Source: Tubulanus polymorphus (taxonomy: Eukaryota; Animalia; Nemertea). From it: a stretch of DNA of 64,000 bases. The stretch spans positions 186,001 to 250,000 of the forward strand of contig NC_134032.1 in NCBI RefSeq assembly GCF_964204645.1. Reading direction: 5' to 3'. Position numbers and translations under genes: made by a program. Shown here in pieces: positions 62,940 to 64,000 of the stretch (within the stretch, counting starts at the first letter, position 1; every line of letters begins with the position of its first letter). The notes beneath the pieces are model-generated. The model was not told where the DNA came from and did not search any database. It saw only the letters and a list, made by a program, of their open reading frames with translations.

Positions 62940-64000
62940 TAAGTTTATTTTTATGGTAATTATTATGATTAATTCTAAATGAAATATTTTTTCATTACAG
63001 GATATCTTTTATTGCAGCTAAATTTCAGCTATCAAAAAGAACCCAGCTTGAGATCAACTACTCGCCCAAAATCGACCAACTGGAACAGGGCACAGATGAG
63101 GCCAACTAACTAACCAACTAATAGGATAATCGCCGATAACGAACCCAACAATCATAAAAGGTAACTTGATATACGTGAAATTATTACGATTAATTCTTAT
63201 TGAAATATTTGGTCATTACAAGATATCTTCCTTTAATTATTGCAGCTAAATTTCTACTATGCAAAAAAACCCAGTTTGAGATCAACTACTCGTCCAAAAT
63301 CGACCAACTGGAACAGCAAACGGATGAGGCCAACAGAATCGAAGACATTAACCCACCAACTTTAGATGATCCACACCGATAATGAACCAAGCAATCATAA
63401 AAGGTAACTTGATATACATGAAATTATTATGATCAATTCTTATTGAAATATTTTGTCATTTTAGGATATCTTCTTTTAATCATTGCAGCCAAATTTCAAC
63501 TATGCGAAAAAACCCAGTTTGAGAACATCTACTCGTCAAAAATCTACCAACTTGAACAGCGCACGAGGCCAACAGAATCAAACTCATTAACCAATAAACT
63601 AATAAGATAATCGCCGATAATGAAACCAGCAATCATAAAAGGAAACTTGATATACATGAAATTATTACGATCAATTCTTATTGAAATATTTTGTCATTTT
63701 AGGATATCTTCTTTTAATCATTGCAGCCAAATTTCTACTATGCATAAAAACCCAGTTTGAGATCAACTACTCGTCAAAAATCGACCAACTTGAACAGCGC
63801 ACAGCTAACTAGGATCCAACTCATTAACCAATCAACTAATAAGATAATCGCAGATTATGAAACCAGCAATCATAAAAGGTAACTTGATATACATGAAATT
63901 ATTACCATTAATTCTTATTGAAATATTTTGTCATTACAGGATATCTTCTTTTAATTATTGCAGCTAAATATCAACTATAAGAAGAAACCCAGCTTGAGAT
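62940..64000. repeat. About 240-bp diverged tandem repeat running off the window end
   Basis: AATCATAAAAGG(T/A)AACTTGATATAC recurs at about 63150, 63393, 63631 and 63868. Confidence 0.85.

Overview
Eukaryotic, intron-rich, repeat-dense metazoan DNA; a marine invertebrate or lophotrochozoan origin is inferred from gene content. Spliced genes were reconstructed by eye from GT-AG junctions with consistent phases. They are the 3' part of TRAM1 (+), an intronless class A GPCR (-), a secreted C-type lectin/SUEL-like/C-type lectin/discoidin protein (+), a secreted two-PAN-domain protein (-), two tandem paralogues of a coiled-coil plus beta-propeller protein (-), and a complete Staufen gene (-). The most notable non-genic signal is a 167-bp satellite present as four dispersed tandem arrays. 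Its monomers each carry a minimal type I hammerhead ribozyme motif, as in retrozymes and Penelope-like elements, and further related hammerhead-bearing elements occur nearby. The duplicated propeller genes are almost identical in non-coding DNA but heavily diverged in the propeller, suggesting diversifying selection. The window also holds many MITEs (piggyBac-like, Harbinger-like), minisatellites, gag and RTE relics, and a roughly 250-bp-arm foldback upstream of the Staufen start codon. Most short ORFs in the track are repeat artefacts.
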